The notes: generated by a model not told the origin, from the letters alone. A stretch of DNA of 64,000 nt from an uncultured delta proteobacterium (GCA_963699755.1 CAVOVB010000002.1:160001-224000); one strand, 5' to 3'. Shown: positions 37,315-47,046, counted from the first letter of the stretch. Numbers and translations are program-made.

Positions 37315-37328
37315 TGAAACGTGTTCTA
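37315..37328. promoter_or_regulatory. Palindromic operator TGAAACGTGTTCTA (TnnAACnnGTTnnA)
   Basis: Lies between TTGAAA (-35, 37304) and TATTTC (-10, 37327). A near-identical copy is at 45198. Confidence 0.65.
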
Positions 37329-37347
37329 TTTCATGGAACCGTTCGCG

Positions 37348-37797
37348 ATGACTGAGAAAACCAACGCCCCGGCCGTCGAAGGCCTCTTCACCATGGACCT
37401 GCGCGAGCCGCGCCTTCTCGGGACGCGATGCCGGGCTTGCCGAACCTATTTCTTTCCGGCGGAAAGAACCTTCTGCCGTAACCCGGCCTGCGACCATAGC
37501 GATTTCGAGGAAGTCCGGCTGAGCCCGACTGGGAAGCTCTGGTCGTTCACCAGCGCCAACTACAAACCGCCAGCGCCCTTCATCGCCAAGGAGCCCTTCG
37601 AGCCGTTTGCGATCGCAGCGGTCGAGCTCGAAGAGGAGGGAATGACCATTCTCGGCCAGGTCGCCGATGGACTTGGCGTCGCTGCCTTGAAGACCGGCAT
37701 GCCCATGGAGCTGGTGCTCCGCGAGCTTTACCAAGACGAGGAGCACGTTTACTACACCTGGAATTGGAAACCGATTCACGCCGGGAGTGACGCATGA
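37348..37797 (+). CDS. DUF35 Zn-ribbon/OB-fold protein (ChsH2 C-terminal-like)
   Basis: LLGTRCRAC...FP...CRNPAC, G.LWSFT and V.L.E.G...GQ. Start trimmed. Confidence 0.88.
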   Translation: MTEKTNAPAVEGLFTMDLREPRLLGTRCRACRTYFFPAERTFCRNPACDHSDFEEVRLSPTGKLWSFTSANYKPPAPFIAKEPFEPFAIAAVELEEEGMTILGQVADGLGVAALKTGMPMELVLRELYQDEEHVYYTWNWKPIHAGSDA

Positions 37798-38981
37798 GCA
37801 AGGACGTTGCAGTGCTCGGCGCGGGCATGCACCCCTGGGGCAAGTGGGGTCAGAGCTTCGTCGGCTACGGTGTGAAAGCTGCCCAGGATGCATTGAAGGA
37901 CGCGGGCGTGGAGTGGAAGGATATCCAGCTCGTCGCCGGTGGCGACACGATTCGCAACGGCTACCCGGGCTATGTGGCTGGGGCGACGTTCGCACAGGCG
38001 CTCGGCTGGTCTGGTGCCAAGGTATCGAGCTCCTACGGCGCCTGCGCGACGGGTGCCCAAGCGATTAGCGTCGCGCGAGCCAACATCTTGGCAGGCCTTT
38101 GCGACGTGGCGTTGGTGATCGGCGCCGACGCAGCGCCCAAGGGCTTCTTCGCGCCCACGGGAGGGCGGCGCCCTGAGGACCCGGATTGGCTGCGCTTTCA
38201 CATCCAAGGGATTACGAATCCGACCTACTTCGGACTGTACGCGCGCCGGCGGATGGAGGTCTATGGGGCGACTCCTCAGGACTTCGCCGCGGTCAAAGTG
38301 AAGAACTCCAGGCATGGCCTTCACAATCCCAATGCGCGATATCGCAAAGAGGTCGCCCTCGAAGAGGTGATGAGCTCGGCGGTCGTCGCTGACCCGCTTC
38401 ACCTGCTCGACATCTGCGCGACGAGCGACGGTGCCGCCGCGCTCGTGCTCTCGAGCATGGACTTCGCCCGCAAACACACGACCCACCCGGTGAAGATCTC
38501 GGCGGTGTCCACCGTGACGCCGCGGTACCCGAACGACATCATCGAAATGCCCAACCTAGCGACCGACTCCAAGGCTCGCGTCGGCTTGCCCGAGATCGGC
38601 TTCAAAGAATCGATCGCGCACGGTGCCTACGAAGAAGCCGGCCTCGGCCCCGAGGACATGAGCCTCGCCGAGGTCTACGACCTGTCGACGGCGCTGGAGC
38701 TCGATTGGTACGAACAGATCGGCCTTTGCCCGCCTGGAGATGCGGAGAGGCTATTGCGCGACGGCGACACCAGCCTTGGCGGTCGCGTGCCGGTCAACCC
38801 GAGCGGCGGCTTGGCCTGCTTTGGTGAAGCCGTGCCGGCGCAAGCGATCGCGCAGGTGTGCGAGCTGACCTGGCAACTCCGCGGCCAAGCCGAAGGACGG
38901 CAAGTGGAGGGCGCGAAGGCCGGTGTAACCGTGAACCAAGGCTTGTTTGGTCACGGCTCGTCAGTGATCTGCAGGGTTTGA
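37794..38981 (+). CDS. Thiolase-superfamily lipid-transfer protein (Ltp/SCP-x type)
   Basis: GAGMHPWGKW, GACATG, SDGAAA, VNPSGGL and QLRGQA..RQV. ATGA coupling to the DUF35 gene. Confidence 0.9.
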   Translation: MSKDVAVLGAGMHPWGKWGQSFVGYGVKAAQDALKDAGVEWKDIQLVAGGDTIRNGYPGYVAGATFAQALGWSGAKVSSSYGACATGAQAISVARANILAGLCDVALVIGADAAPKGFFAPTGGRRPEDPDWLRFHIQGITNPTYFGLYARRRMEVYGATPQDFAAVKVKNSRHGLHNPNARYRKEVALEEVMSSAVVADPLHLLDICATSDGAAALVLSSMDFARKHTTHPVKISAVSTVTPRYPNDIIEMPNLATDSKARVGLPEIGFKESIAHGAYEEAGLGPEDMSLAEVYDLSTALELDWYEQIGLCPPGDAERLLRDGDTSLGGRVPVNPSGGLACFGEAVPAQAIAQVCELTWQLRGQAEGRQVEGAKAGVTVNQGLFGHGSSVICRV

Positions 38982-39034
38982 GCACCGGCAGCGAATCCCC
39001 GTGGGCGGCGCAAGGCGGGGCCTTCAGGGGGCGA

Positions 39035-39499
39035 TCAGTCTAGGGCGGCTAGCTCTTGGTCCAGTCGGGCATCGAGCTCTTGGTCTCCTGGCGAAGCTTC
39101 GGTTCGGTGCATCCTCCCAGCGCGCCCTCGGAACCTACGGACCATCACGACGAACCAGAGCGTCGAGACCACGACGGCAATGACCGGGATGACCCAGCCG
39201 GACTTCACCGGAGGAATGCTCAAATCGAACGCGGGGACCCTCGCCTGAAGGCGCTCTCGGATTTCAGGCTCGGGCACGCCTTCCTCGACCCAGGTCCGGA
39301 TGTCCCTTCGCCACTCCCCGGCCTTTGGGCTCGGACAGGAGTTGAGCGTCTTACCAGGGCAGAAGGGGCTCAGCGTGTTCCGAACGATCGACTGTACCTG
39401 CCGACCCTCGTCGGTCGAGGCATCCTCAGCGGGCACCGAGGCGCAGCCAAGGGCAAACAAAACCAACGATGCCCCAAGAGCACGCGCCATCTCGGACAT
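39035..39499 (-). CDS. CcmH/NrfF-like cytochrome c biogenesis protein
   Basis: LSPFCPGKTLNSCPS...R..I.....G....EI, a TM helix and a LDARLDQEL tail. Confidence 0.7.
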   Translation of the reverse strand: MSEMARALGASLVLFALGCASVPAEDASTDEGRQVQSIVRNTLSPFCPGKTLNSCPSPKAGEWRRDIRTWVEEGVPEPEIRERLQARVPAFDLSIPPVKSGWVIPVIAVVVSTLWFVVMVRRFRGRAGRMHRTEASPGDQELDARLDQELAALD

Positions 39500-39604
39500 A
39501 TAGGCCCCCTCACTACTCGGCGTAAGGCGGCAAATTGTCGCGCCGGTACCCCGTAAAGACGCCGCTTCGCGCCGTCCACGGGGCTTCGCTGACGCTGTCG
39601 CTGA

Positions 39605-40900
39605 CTAGATCAGCATGCCTGCGACCGCGGCAGTCATCAGCGAGGCGAGCATGCCTCCGAACATCGCTCGCAATCCGAGACGGGCGAGGTCATGACGCCG
39701 CTCCGGCGCGATTCCGCCGATTCCGCCGATCTGGATACCGATGGATCCGAAGTTTGCGAACCCGCAGAGCGCATAGCTCGCGATTACGACGGTCCGGGGC
39801 GATAGCTGTGCGACGCCCTCCGACAGCGACTCGTAAAGATGGAGGTAGGCGATGAACTCGGTGAGGACGATCTTCTCGCCGAGGAGGGTTGCGACCGCCG
39901 CGCACTCGGCGGCGGGCACACCGATCAGAAAAGCAAATGGCCAGAAGAGCCATCCGAGAATCTGCTGAAAAGTCAGAGGCGCCACCGCCGACCCACCGTC
40001 CAGGCCCATCCAATCGTTGTAGAGCTGAAACGGAAGGCCGAGGAGTGCGTTGCCGAGTGCGATCAAGGCGATGAAGGCCAGCAGCATGGCCCCGACGTTC
40101 AGGGCCAACTTCATGCCTTCGTACGCACCCCGCGCGGCAGCGTCGATGACGTTGGCGTCCGGGTTGTCGAGCTCGGCGACCAGCTCCTCGTCAGATTCGA
40201 GCTTCTCGGCTTCGGGCCAGATGACTTTGGCGATGACCAGCGCTGCCGGAGCGCTCATGACGCTGGCGGCGATCAGATGCCCGGCAATGTCCGGGAGGAC
40301 GCTCTTGAGCAGACCGACGTAGGCGGCCAGAACCCCGCCTGCGACCGTTGCAAAGCCCCCAGTCATGACCGCCGTGAGCTGCGACATGCTCATCTTCCCG
40401 ATGAACGGGGCAATCATCAGGGGCGCCTCGGTCTGGCCGACGAAGGTGTTCGCAGCCACGCAGAGCGTTTCTGGGCCGGAAGTCTTCATGGTTCGGCGCA
40501 TGATCCAAGCAAACGCGCCAACCAGGCGCTGCATGAGGCCGAGGTAGTAGAGGATCGTCATCAGCGACGAGAAGAAGATCAGGGTCGGGAGCACGTTGAT
40601 CGCGATCGTGAACTTCTCGGACGCGAAGGCACCGAAGATGAACGCGGTTCCTTGCGCCGTGAAGCCAAGCAGCGCGAGCACCATGTCATTCAGCACCGCG
40701 AAAAGCCGGAGCCCGATCTCGGTCTTCATCACGAAGAGGCCAAACGACACCTGCAAACCGATTCCCCAGGCGATGACCCGCCAGGGCACCCGGTCGCGAT
40801 GTGCCGAGAACAGCCACGCGATCCCTACCATCGCGAACAGTCCAAAGAACGAAATCACGCGCTGTTGGAACGGCACGACACCAAGGTCGGTGCTCAACAT
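39605..40900 (-). CDS. CNT family (NupC) nucleoside transporter
   Basis: VLPTLIFFSSL, FVGQTEAP, GGFATVAG and YALCGFANFGSIGI. Start tentative. Confidence 0.92.
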   Translation of the reverse strand: MLSTDLGVVPFQQRVISFFGLFAMVGIAWLFSAHRDRVPWRVIAWGIGLQVSFGLFVMKTEIGLRLFAVLNDMVLALLGFTAQGTAFIFGAFASEKFTIAINVLPTLIFFSSLMTILYYLGLMQRLVGAFAWIMRRTMKTSGPETLCVAANTFVGQTEAPLMIAPFIGKMSMSQLTAVMTGGFATVAGGVLAAYVGLLKSVLPDIAGHLIAASVMSAPAALVIAKVIWPEAEKLESDEELVAELDNPDANVIDAAARGAYEGMKLALNVGAMLLAFIALIALGNALLGLPFQLYNDWMGLDGGSAVAPLTFQQILGWLFWPFAFLIGVPAAECAAVATLLGEKIVLTEFIAYLHLYESLSEGVAQLSPRTVVIASYALCGFANFGSIGIQIGGIGGIAPERRHDLARLGLRAMFGGMLASLMTAAVAGMLI

Positions 40901-40940
40901 GGCGGCCAGGCTATGCATGGCAGCGGATACTAGCCGCTTT

Positions 40941-42209
40941 TCATTCGTAGGGTACGTCGAAGCGCGCGCGATAGGTCGCGAGGCGAGACTCGACATCGTC
41001 CTTGGTCAGGCCGAAGTCGGCAAGGGAATACTTGTGGCGGCCATACTTGTGTTGCTTGTTGACTCTCCTCGACGCCTCCATCACGCCTACGGTCTTGGGC
41101 TCGAGGTCGAGCCCAGCGGCTTCGTAGATGCGCGCGACCTGAGGCAGAGGGTCCCTGACCAAGTCGTAGTACGAGACGTCCACAAAACCTCGATCGTGCA
41201 CGCGCTCCCGTGTCGCGAGCGTTCGCCGCGCCATGTTCTCGATCTTCCGCAGCCAGTGTCTCGCGACCCTATTCGGATCGACCTCGTCGCTGAAGATCAT
41301 TTGCAGATGGGTGAGCATACTGAAGAGCGACGGGCTCGTCTTGAGTGGGTCACGATGGGTATGGACGATCGTCGCCGTCGGAAAAACCTCGAGCAGAGGG
41401 TCGAAATACTCCTGGTGGTGCGGCGTCTTGAGCACCCAGCGAACCTCTTCACCGATGCCAGGCCGCTGCCATTGCAGGTACTGCATCATGCGCAGGAGCG
41501 CTCGGTAGGCCGGCACGTGGTCCTGCTCCTCCAACCAGTTGGAGTAGGTGGGTACGTTCATCATCGCTTCAGGCGTCGTCGTGAGGAACGCCTGTTCGAG
41601 CAGGATCACTTCTTCCTCTGGCGCATCCGGCTCGGCCGGGTGGATTGCAAAGAAGCCGGGCGACATGTACTTGAGTGCCTTCGCCGCAACGGCAGCCTGC
41701 GCCAAGCGCGGGTCCTTCTTCTGCCCGGGCTTCTGCTTCGCGGGGGCTGGATTGATCGCCTCCCAGGAAGCAAGCGAACGAATCGCCGGGTCCTGAGCGA
41801 TCAAACGATGCAACATGGTCGTCCCAGTGCGCGCGAGGCCCGCCACGACGATTGGCCCCTCGACCGGGATGTCCAAGATCTCGGGGTGCCGCTTGATCGT
41901 GTCTTGGGCGACTAGCTTGTTGGTCAGGACCCCCACGATGCGGCCGCGAATGATCTGGTGACCGACCGGATTGAGCCGCGCCTCTCGATTGATCGACTCG
42001 ACCAGCACGCCCAGTGGCTCGAGGAAGGCCTCGTCGCCAAAGTCGTCGAGCCCTACCTTGCGCCGCGCGTCGGAGAGCACCCCGTGCACCGTGATCGGCT
42101 TACCGCCGATTCCCACCTTCGAAAGCGCTCGCCCCAGCCGATTCGCCACTGCGATCGGGGCCGGGCGGTAGGGCCGATCGAATCTGCTGGTGATCTCTTC
42201 CGAAGACAT
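40941..42209 (-). CDS. Sulfotransferase family protein
   Basis: GLARTGTT PAPS-binding loop, WVLKTP.H and THRDP...S. Confidence 0.9.
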   Translation of the reverse strand: MSSEEITSRFDRPYRPAPIAVANRLGRALSKVGIGGKPITVHGVLSDARRKVGLDDFGDEAFLEPLGVLVESINREARLNPVGHQIIRGRIVGVLTNKLVAQDTIKRHPEILDIPVEGPIVVAGLARTGTTMLHRLIAQDPAIRSLASWEAINPAPAKQKPGQKKDPRLAQAAVAAKALKYMSPGFFAIHPAEPDAPEEEVILLEQAFLTTTPEAMMNVPTYSNWLEEQDHVPAYRALLRMMQYLQWQRPGIGEEVRWVLKTPHHQEYFDPLLEVFPTATIVHTHRDPLKTSPSLFSMLTHLQMIFSDEVDPNRVARHWLRKIENMARRTLATRERVHDRGFVDVSYYDLVRDPLPQVARIYEAAGLDLEPKTVGVMEASRRVNKQHKYGRHKYSLADFGLTKDDVESRLATYRARFDVPYE

Positions 42210-42217
42210 CGAAGGAC

Positions 42218-43318
42218 TCAGAGCTCCGAGAGCTTCACAACCCTGGTCTGCGGCTCCGGATGCGCATTCGCCCGAACCCAGCGCCAGCACATCGTGCCCT
42301 CTTCATGGCCGACGGTATCGATCCAATTGTCGAAGCCCTTGTTTTCCGCGGCAACCACCACTTGGACCGAGCCGTCGGGCCGGTACTTCGCGGTGTGCTT
42401 GTTCACGTGAACCTGGTAGTAGCGGTAGTCGAGCGACTCCATCCAGTAGTTGTTGAGCTGAAAGTTCCAGTGCTCGCATTCTGGGGGAATGGCATCGATC
42501 ACGAGTGCTTCGTCTGGCGCAAGCTTCCAGTAGCTGTGGTAGTAAGCGATGTCGGGCACGCCGCCGGCCATGTTCGAAACGTTCTGATCGAATCGCGGCA
42601 GCTTGTTGGTGTGCTTCTTGAAGCCTTCGGCCCAGCTTGCGAAAAGCATCGCAGCGCCAGCCACCAGCGCTGCCGACTGGGTCAGCCCATCTGCACAGCT
42701 CAGCGGATCGAAAGGTGTTGGCATTCCGTCCCCGCCCAGGCGCTCGATGTGCAAGTCCGCGATCGTTTCGTTCTGGCGGTCCAATCGCGTTTGGCGCACG
42801 ATCAAGGTGCCCGTATCCTTCTCCATCGGAAGCCAGTTCCCTGGCTTCTCCTTCGTGCTCAAGATGATCTCGAAGCTCCCGTCGGGCGCGACTTCCAAGG
42901 TCGAGGCTTCGAGGTAGCCGGTCGGCGGCATGCCACGGCCTTGTCCGTAGTTTCCCTTTTGCGTGAAGAAGCCGAGGTAGTGAACGGTCCCACGATTGCC
43001 CCAGATGCGGTACTCGTGTTCGCCACTGACCGCCGCATTCTGGTAATAGTTGTCGGGGTGGTCGGCGCCCATCTTCGCCGTCTCGTGCACCACCCGCTGC
43101 AGCACCGGTGCGAGCGGGTCGTTGTGCTCTACGAACGTTTGCAGCGCTGCACGCGTGATCCTGCTCAGGTACCGGAAACCCTCCATCCGATTCATCGGAT
43201 CGCTCGGCGTGTTGGTCCCAAGGACCACGTTGCCGGCCATCTTGAGCGTATCGCAGAACTGGTTCCACACTGTTCCGTCGACGATCTCTTGTTCTCGCTT
43301 GCTCAGCTCATCACTCAT
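42218..43318 (-). CDS. DUF1214 domain-containing protein
   Basis: KMGADHPDNYY, Y.I.G.RG, DGSFEI, WMESLDY and NWIDTVGH. Confidence 0.8.
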   Translation of the reverse strand: MSDELSKREQEIVDGTVWNQFCDTLKMAGNVVLGTNTPSDPMNRMEGFRYLSRITRAALQTFVEHNDPLAPVLQRVVHETAKMGADHPDNYYQNAAVSGEHEYRIWGNRGTVHYLGFFTQKGNYGQGRGMPPTGYLEASTLEVAPDGSFEIILSTKEKPGNWLPMEKDTGTLIVRQTRLDRQNETIADLHIERLGGDGMPTPFDPLSCADGLTQSAALVAGAAMLFASWAEGFKKHTNKLPRFDQNVSNMAGGVPDIAYYHSYWKLAPDEALVIDAIPPECEHWNFQLNNYWMESLDYRYYQVHVNKHTAKYRPDGSVQVVVAAENKGFDNWIDTVGHEEGTMCWRWVRANAHPEPQTRVVKLSEL

Positions 43319-43327
43319 GGGTCTCCC

Positions 43328-44341
43328 TCAAAGTACGTCGTGTTCGCGTAAGAGCGCTTCGGTCTTGCTCCAGAGCAACGCCCCGTTCTCCGGATCCATG
43401 GAGGCGTCCGATGACTCCTTGGCCCGCATCATATGCATGTACTCGCCGGTTCTTTCACCCATCTCGTCCGATGCGACCAGGTAATCGACTGGGATCGAAG
43501 CTTTTTCGGGGCTTTGGAAGAACAGAGCCATCAACGGCTTGAGAATCGGCTTGAGCCAGGCCGGCGCCTCACGCGCCATGTTCGAATTGACCGCGCCCGG
43601 ACAGAGTGCGTGAACACAGACGTCCGGGTTTCCGCTGCTGCCCCCGGGATTGAGCCGCCTCGAGAGCTCATGGAAGAAGGTCGTCAGGTGCAGCTTGCTC
43701 AGGCCGTAGTACTTCACTCCGTCCGCCACGCCATAGTCGATCGGCTCGCCGAACCTTTCGAAATCGATGGGAATCGAGCTCCTATGAGTCTCCGACGAGA
43801 TGAAAATGATTCGAGGTGGGTCTTCGGCCCGAGAATTGTGACCGAAGACCGCGTTGGGAATGACCCCGTCACGGAGCAAGCGGCGGAGCACGACGAACTT
43901 GGCCAAGAAGTTCACGGCAAACATCAGCTCGAGGCCGTGCTTGTTCGTGCGCGACGTGACCGGGACGACACCGGCATTGAACACCGCTACATCGAGCGTC
44001 ACATCGCGATCGCGCAGCTCGTCACAGAAGGCCATCATCGAATCGAAATCGCTCAGATCGACCTGCATCATCTCGACGCTGCCGCCTCCGCTTTCGGACC
44101 GAACATCTTCACCCGCTTCGGGAATCCCGCTACGGCAGGCCATGATCACGTGTGCGCCGCGCTTCGCGAGGCGAATCGCAATGCCCTTCCCCAAGCCGCT
44201 GTTTGCGCCGGTCACCAGGCAAATGCGTCCGTCGAGACGGACGCGATCGGGCACTGGCTCGACCTTTGGCTCCTTGCTGCGCAGATCGAGCACGCCACTC
44301 AGAACAGCCGTGAAAGGGTTTTGGTGTGTCCTACTGGCCAT
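43328..44341 (-). CDS. SDR family oxidoreductase (retinol dehydrogenase-like)
   Basis: TGANSGLG, NAG and YGLSK. Confidence 0.9.
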   Translation of the reverse strand: MASRTHQNPFTAVLSGVLDLRSKEPKVEPVPDRVRLDGRICLVTGANSGLGKGIAIRLAKRGAHVIMACRSGIPEAGEDVRSESGGGSVEMMQVDLSDFDSMMAFCDELRDRDVTLDVAVFNAGVVPVTSRTNKHGLELMFAVNFLAKFVVLRRLLRDGVIPNAVFGHNSRAEDPPRIIFISSETHRSSIPIDFERFGEPIDYGVADGVKYYGLSKLHLTTFFHELSRRLNPGGSSGNPDVCVHALCPGAVNSNMAREAPAWLKPILKPLMALFFQSPEKASIPVDYLVASDEMGERTGEYMHMMRAKESSDASMDPENGALLWSKTEALLREHDVL

Positions 44342-44374
44342 AGCCCCCGCACTCTCGAGAACCTGGTCTCACTG

Positions 44375-45115
44375 TCAACGGGCCCCCGTAATTTGCAGGT
44401 ATTCCGCAACGACGGCTCCCAAACCAACGAAGAGCGCACGCGCCATGAGCGCATGCCCGATCGAGACCTCATCGATCCGGGGCAGGGTCAGAAACGTCGG
44501 CAGATTTTGCAGGTCTAGGTCATGGCCTGCATTGACACCGAGCCCGTTGGCGATGGCGCGGTCGATCGCCCGGCGATAGAGCTCGAGACTGCCGCTCAGG
44601 GCATTGCCCCCCCGCGCGAACGCGCGCGCGTAGGGCTCGGTGTAGAGCTCGATGCGGTCCGCGCCCAAGTCCGCGGCCCAGTCGATTGCCGCCGGCGCCG
44701 GATCGACGAAAACGCTCGCCCGAACACCGTGCTGTTGAAAGCGCCGAATGATGTCAGCTAGGTCCTTCTTGGGCGTGTCCGCCGGCCAGCCGGCCTCGCT
44801 CGTGAGCTCACCGGGTCGAACCGGCACGAGCGTGCACTGATCGGGACATACCTTCTCGACGAGCTCGACGAGGCTGGGCCGTGGGTCGCCCTCGATGTTG
44901 TACTCGACGCGGTCGCGCTGCGGCTCGAGCCATGCGGCGATCTCATAGACGTCGGCCGGTCGGATGTGTCGCTCGTCTGCTCGCGGGTGAACCGTGATCC
45001 CTGGAGCCCCCGCCTCGACGCAGACCCGGACCGCGTCCACGACGCTAGGCGTCGCCCCTCCTCGGGAATTCCGAAGCGTGGCGACTTTGTTCACGTTGAC
45101 GCTGAGCCGCACCAT
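44375..45115 (-). CDS. pdxJ: Pyridoxine 5'-phosphate synthase
   Basis: LSVNVNKVATLRNSR, ITVHPRADERHI, NAGHDL and EVSIGH. Confidence 0.96.
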   Translation of the reverse strand: MVRLSVNVNKVATLRNSRGGATPSVVDAVRVCVEAGAPGITVHPRADERHIRPADVYEIAAWLEPQRDRVEYNIEGDPRPSLVELVEKVCPDQCTLVPVRPGELTSEAGWPADTPKKDLADIIRRFQQHGVRASVFVDPAPAAIDWAADLGADRIELYTEPYARAFARGGNALSGSLELYRRAIDRAIANGLGVNAGHDLDLQNLPTFLTLPRIDEVSIGHALMARALFVGLGAVVAEYLQITGAR

Positions 45116-45197
45116 CGCCGGCTGTCTTAGCTCCGGACCAGGGGTCTGTCAGCACAGCACCGGCTGGCTTCGCCTCAGGACGGGGCTAGACCCGGAA

Positions 45198-45211
45198 TGA
45201 AACATGTTCTA
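45198..45211. promoter_or_regulatory. Palindromic operator TGAAACATGTTCTA (TnnAACnnGTTnnA)
   Basis: 15 of 16 nt identical to the 37315 site including the trailing TT; overlaps a TATTAC -10 candidate. Confidence 0.65.
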
Positions 45212-45238
45212 TTACTCCTCCTAGAACGGTCTTGAATT

Positions 45239-46048
45239 TTGCGTAATGCCATGCACGTACACGTCAGCGCCAAGGCGCTTGTGTTGGAGGTCCTTTCGGC
45301 CGGCGAGTCAATTTATGACGGCGCGCTACCCGTCCGCTCTCTGGTGCAGGCCGCGTCGGTCTTCGACGTGGCTGAGAACAGCGTTCGCGTCGCCATCGTC
45401 CGCCTGCGTGGGGAGGGGCTCGTCGAGTCGCCGAGGCGAGGCGAGTATCGTCTCGGCCCACGCGCTCAGGTGGTCAACGACAAGATTCACGGTTGGCGAA
45501 CGGTTTCAGCGCGGGTGGGCGACTGGGACGGATCCTGGGCGGCGGTTTTCACGGCTGACCTTTCGCGTACCGATCGTCCTGCTCTGCGGCGCCGGCAACG
45601 CGCGTTTCGCTACCTTGGCTTCGAGGAGCTGAAGCCGGGATTGTTCCTCAGGCCGAACAATCTGACACCCGGCATCGATGGCCTACGTGACGAGCTGGTC
45701 GCCCTCGGACTAGACCCGCACGCATCCGTGTTTAAGATGGAAGAGCTCAATCCCGATCAAGAGCAGCGCGCTCGCGCCCTTTGGGATTGCCCTGCCCTGG
45801 AAGGGAGCTATTCGAAGCTTCACGGGGATCTGAGCGTCAGCTTGCGCCATCTGGAAGAGCTTCCACTCAACGATTCCGTACGCGAGGCATTTCTTCTCGG
45901 GCGCGAAGGCATTCGTCAAGTGGTGCTCGACCCACTCCTTCCGCAGCCGCTCATCGACGAGGACAAGCGATCGGCGATGGTCGAGGTCTTGCAGAGCTAC
46001 TGCGACAAGGGCCTCAAGCTCTGGGCCCGATTCCTAGTCATCGATTAA
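45239..46048 (+). CDS. PaaX family transcriptional regulator
   Basis: N-terminal wHTH (ENSVRVAIVRL...G.Y.L), WDGSW, YLGF, LW and DPLLP. Start uncertain. Confidence 0.85.
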   Translation: MRNAMHVHVSAKALVLEVLSAGESIYDGALPVRSLVQAASVFDVAENSVRVAIVRLRGEGLVESPRRGEYRLGPRAQVVNDKIHGWRTVSARVGDWDGSWAAVFTADLSRTDRPALRRRQRAFRYLGFEELKPGLFLRPNNLTPGIDGLRDELVALGLDPHASVFKMEELNPDQEQRARALWDCPALEGSYSKLHGDLSVSLRHLEELPLNDSVREAFLLGREGIRQVVLDPLLPQPLIDEDKRSAMVEVLQSYCDKGLKLWARFLVID

Positions 46049-46099
46049 AGAGGTCCGTCCCCTTTTTCAGCTGGCCAATTCAGGTATGCTGGCGCGGAT

Positions 46100-47032
46100 A
46101 TGAAGTCGGCGGATTTTGAGTTTCAGACGGTGGACGGTGCGAAGCTGCACGTGAGCGGCTGGGCGGTCGAGAACCCCAAAGCGATCGTGCAGATTCTGCA
46201 TGGGATGGCGGAGTACGGATCCCGGTACGCGCGGCTTGCGCAGGCGCTCGCTGCGGCAGGATATACGGTGTATGCCCATGACCACCGTGGACATGGCCAG
46301 AGCATTCCAGAGGGGGCTCCACCCGGCCACATGGCGGACAGCGACAGCTGGAATCGCGTCGTGGAAGACGCTCACGGGGTCAATCGAGAAATCGCGAAGC
46401 GTCACCGTGACCTTCCCATCATCATCCTCGGTCACTCGATGGGCTCGTATGTGCTGCAACAGCTGCTTTTCGAGCATCCCAACGACATGGTTGCCGCGGC
46501 CCTGTCCGGCTCCACCGGAAAGCCACCCCCCATCGCCACGGTCGCCAAGCTGATCGCCAGGATCGAGCGCGCTCGCGTCGGCAAGCGCAAGCCGAGCCCT
46601 GTCCTGCAGAAGCTCACCTTTGGCGAATTCAACAAGCCGTTCGAGCCGGCGCATACCGAATTCGACTGGCTTTCGCGCGACCCCGAGGAAGTCGGCAAGT
46701 ACGTCGCGGATCCCCTGATGGGTTTTGCCGTGTCGACGCAGACCTGGTTCGATCTGCTGTACGGGCTCGACCGTATCTCGAAGCCGAGCAACGTCGCGAA
46801 AGTGCCAAAAGACAAGCCCCTCTACCTCTTCGCCGGAGACCAGGACCCTGTCGGTGACAACGGCAAGGGCATGAAGAATCTCTACGATGCGTACAAGCGC
46901 GCGGGCATTTTCGATGTTCGACTCAAGCTCTACCCGGGCGCGCGACACGAAACCCTCAACGAAACGAATCGCCAAGAGGTGACCGACGATTTCATTGCCT
47001 GGTGCGACGAAATCGTCGCGGCCCCAGCCTAG
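46100..47032 (+). CDS. Alpha/beta hydrolase (lysophospholipase/monoacylglycerol lipase-like)
   Basis: HGMAEY..RY, DHRGHG, GHSMG and RHETLNE. Confidence 0.9.
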   Translation: MKSADFEFQTVDGAKLHVSGWAVENPKAIVQILHGMAEYGSRYARLAQALAAAGYTVYAHDHRGHGQSIPEGAPPGHMADSDSWNRVVEDAHGVNREIAKRHRDLPIIILGHSMGSYVLQQLLFEHPNDMVAAALSGSTGKPPPIATVAKLIARIERARVGKRKPSPVLQKLTFGEFNKPFEPAHTEFDWLSRDPEEVGKYVADPLMGFAVSTQTWFDLLYGLDRISKPSNVAKVPKDKPLYLFAGDQDPVGDNGKGMKNLYDAYKRAGIFDVRLKLYPGARHETLNETNRQEVTDDFIAWCDEIVAAPA

Positions 47033-47046
47033 GCCCTAGGCGAGCG

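Noticed and set aside
44357..44372. Third copy of the KstR-like operator (gagaacctggtctca) before the SDR operon
   Set aside because: Too many mismatches to the two strong copies to support by eye.
39839..44518. Long plus-strand ORFs opposite the NupC, sulfotransferase, DUF1214 and SDR genes
   Set aside because: Antisense shadows produced by codon bias.
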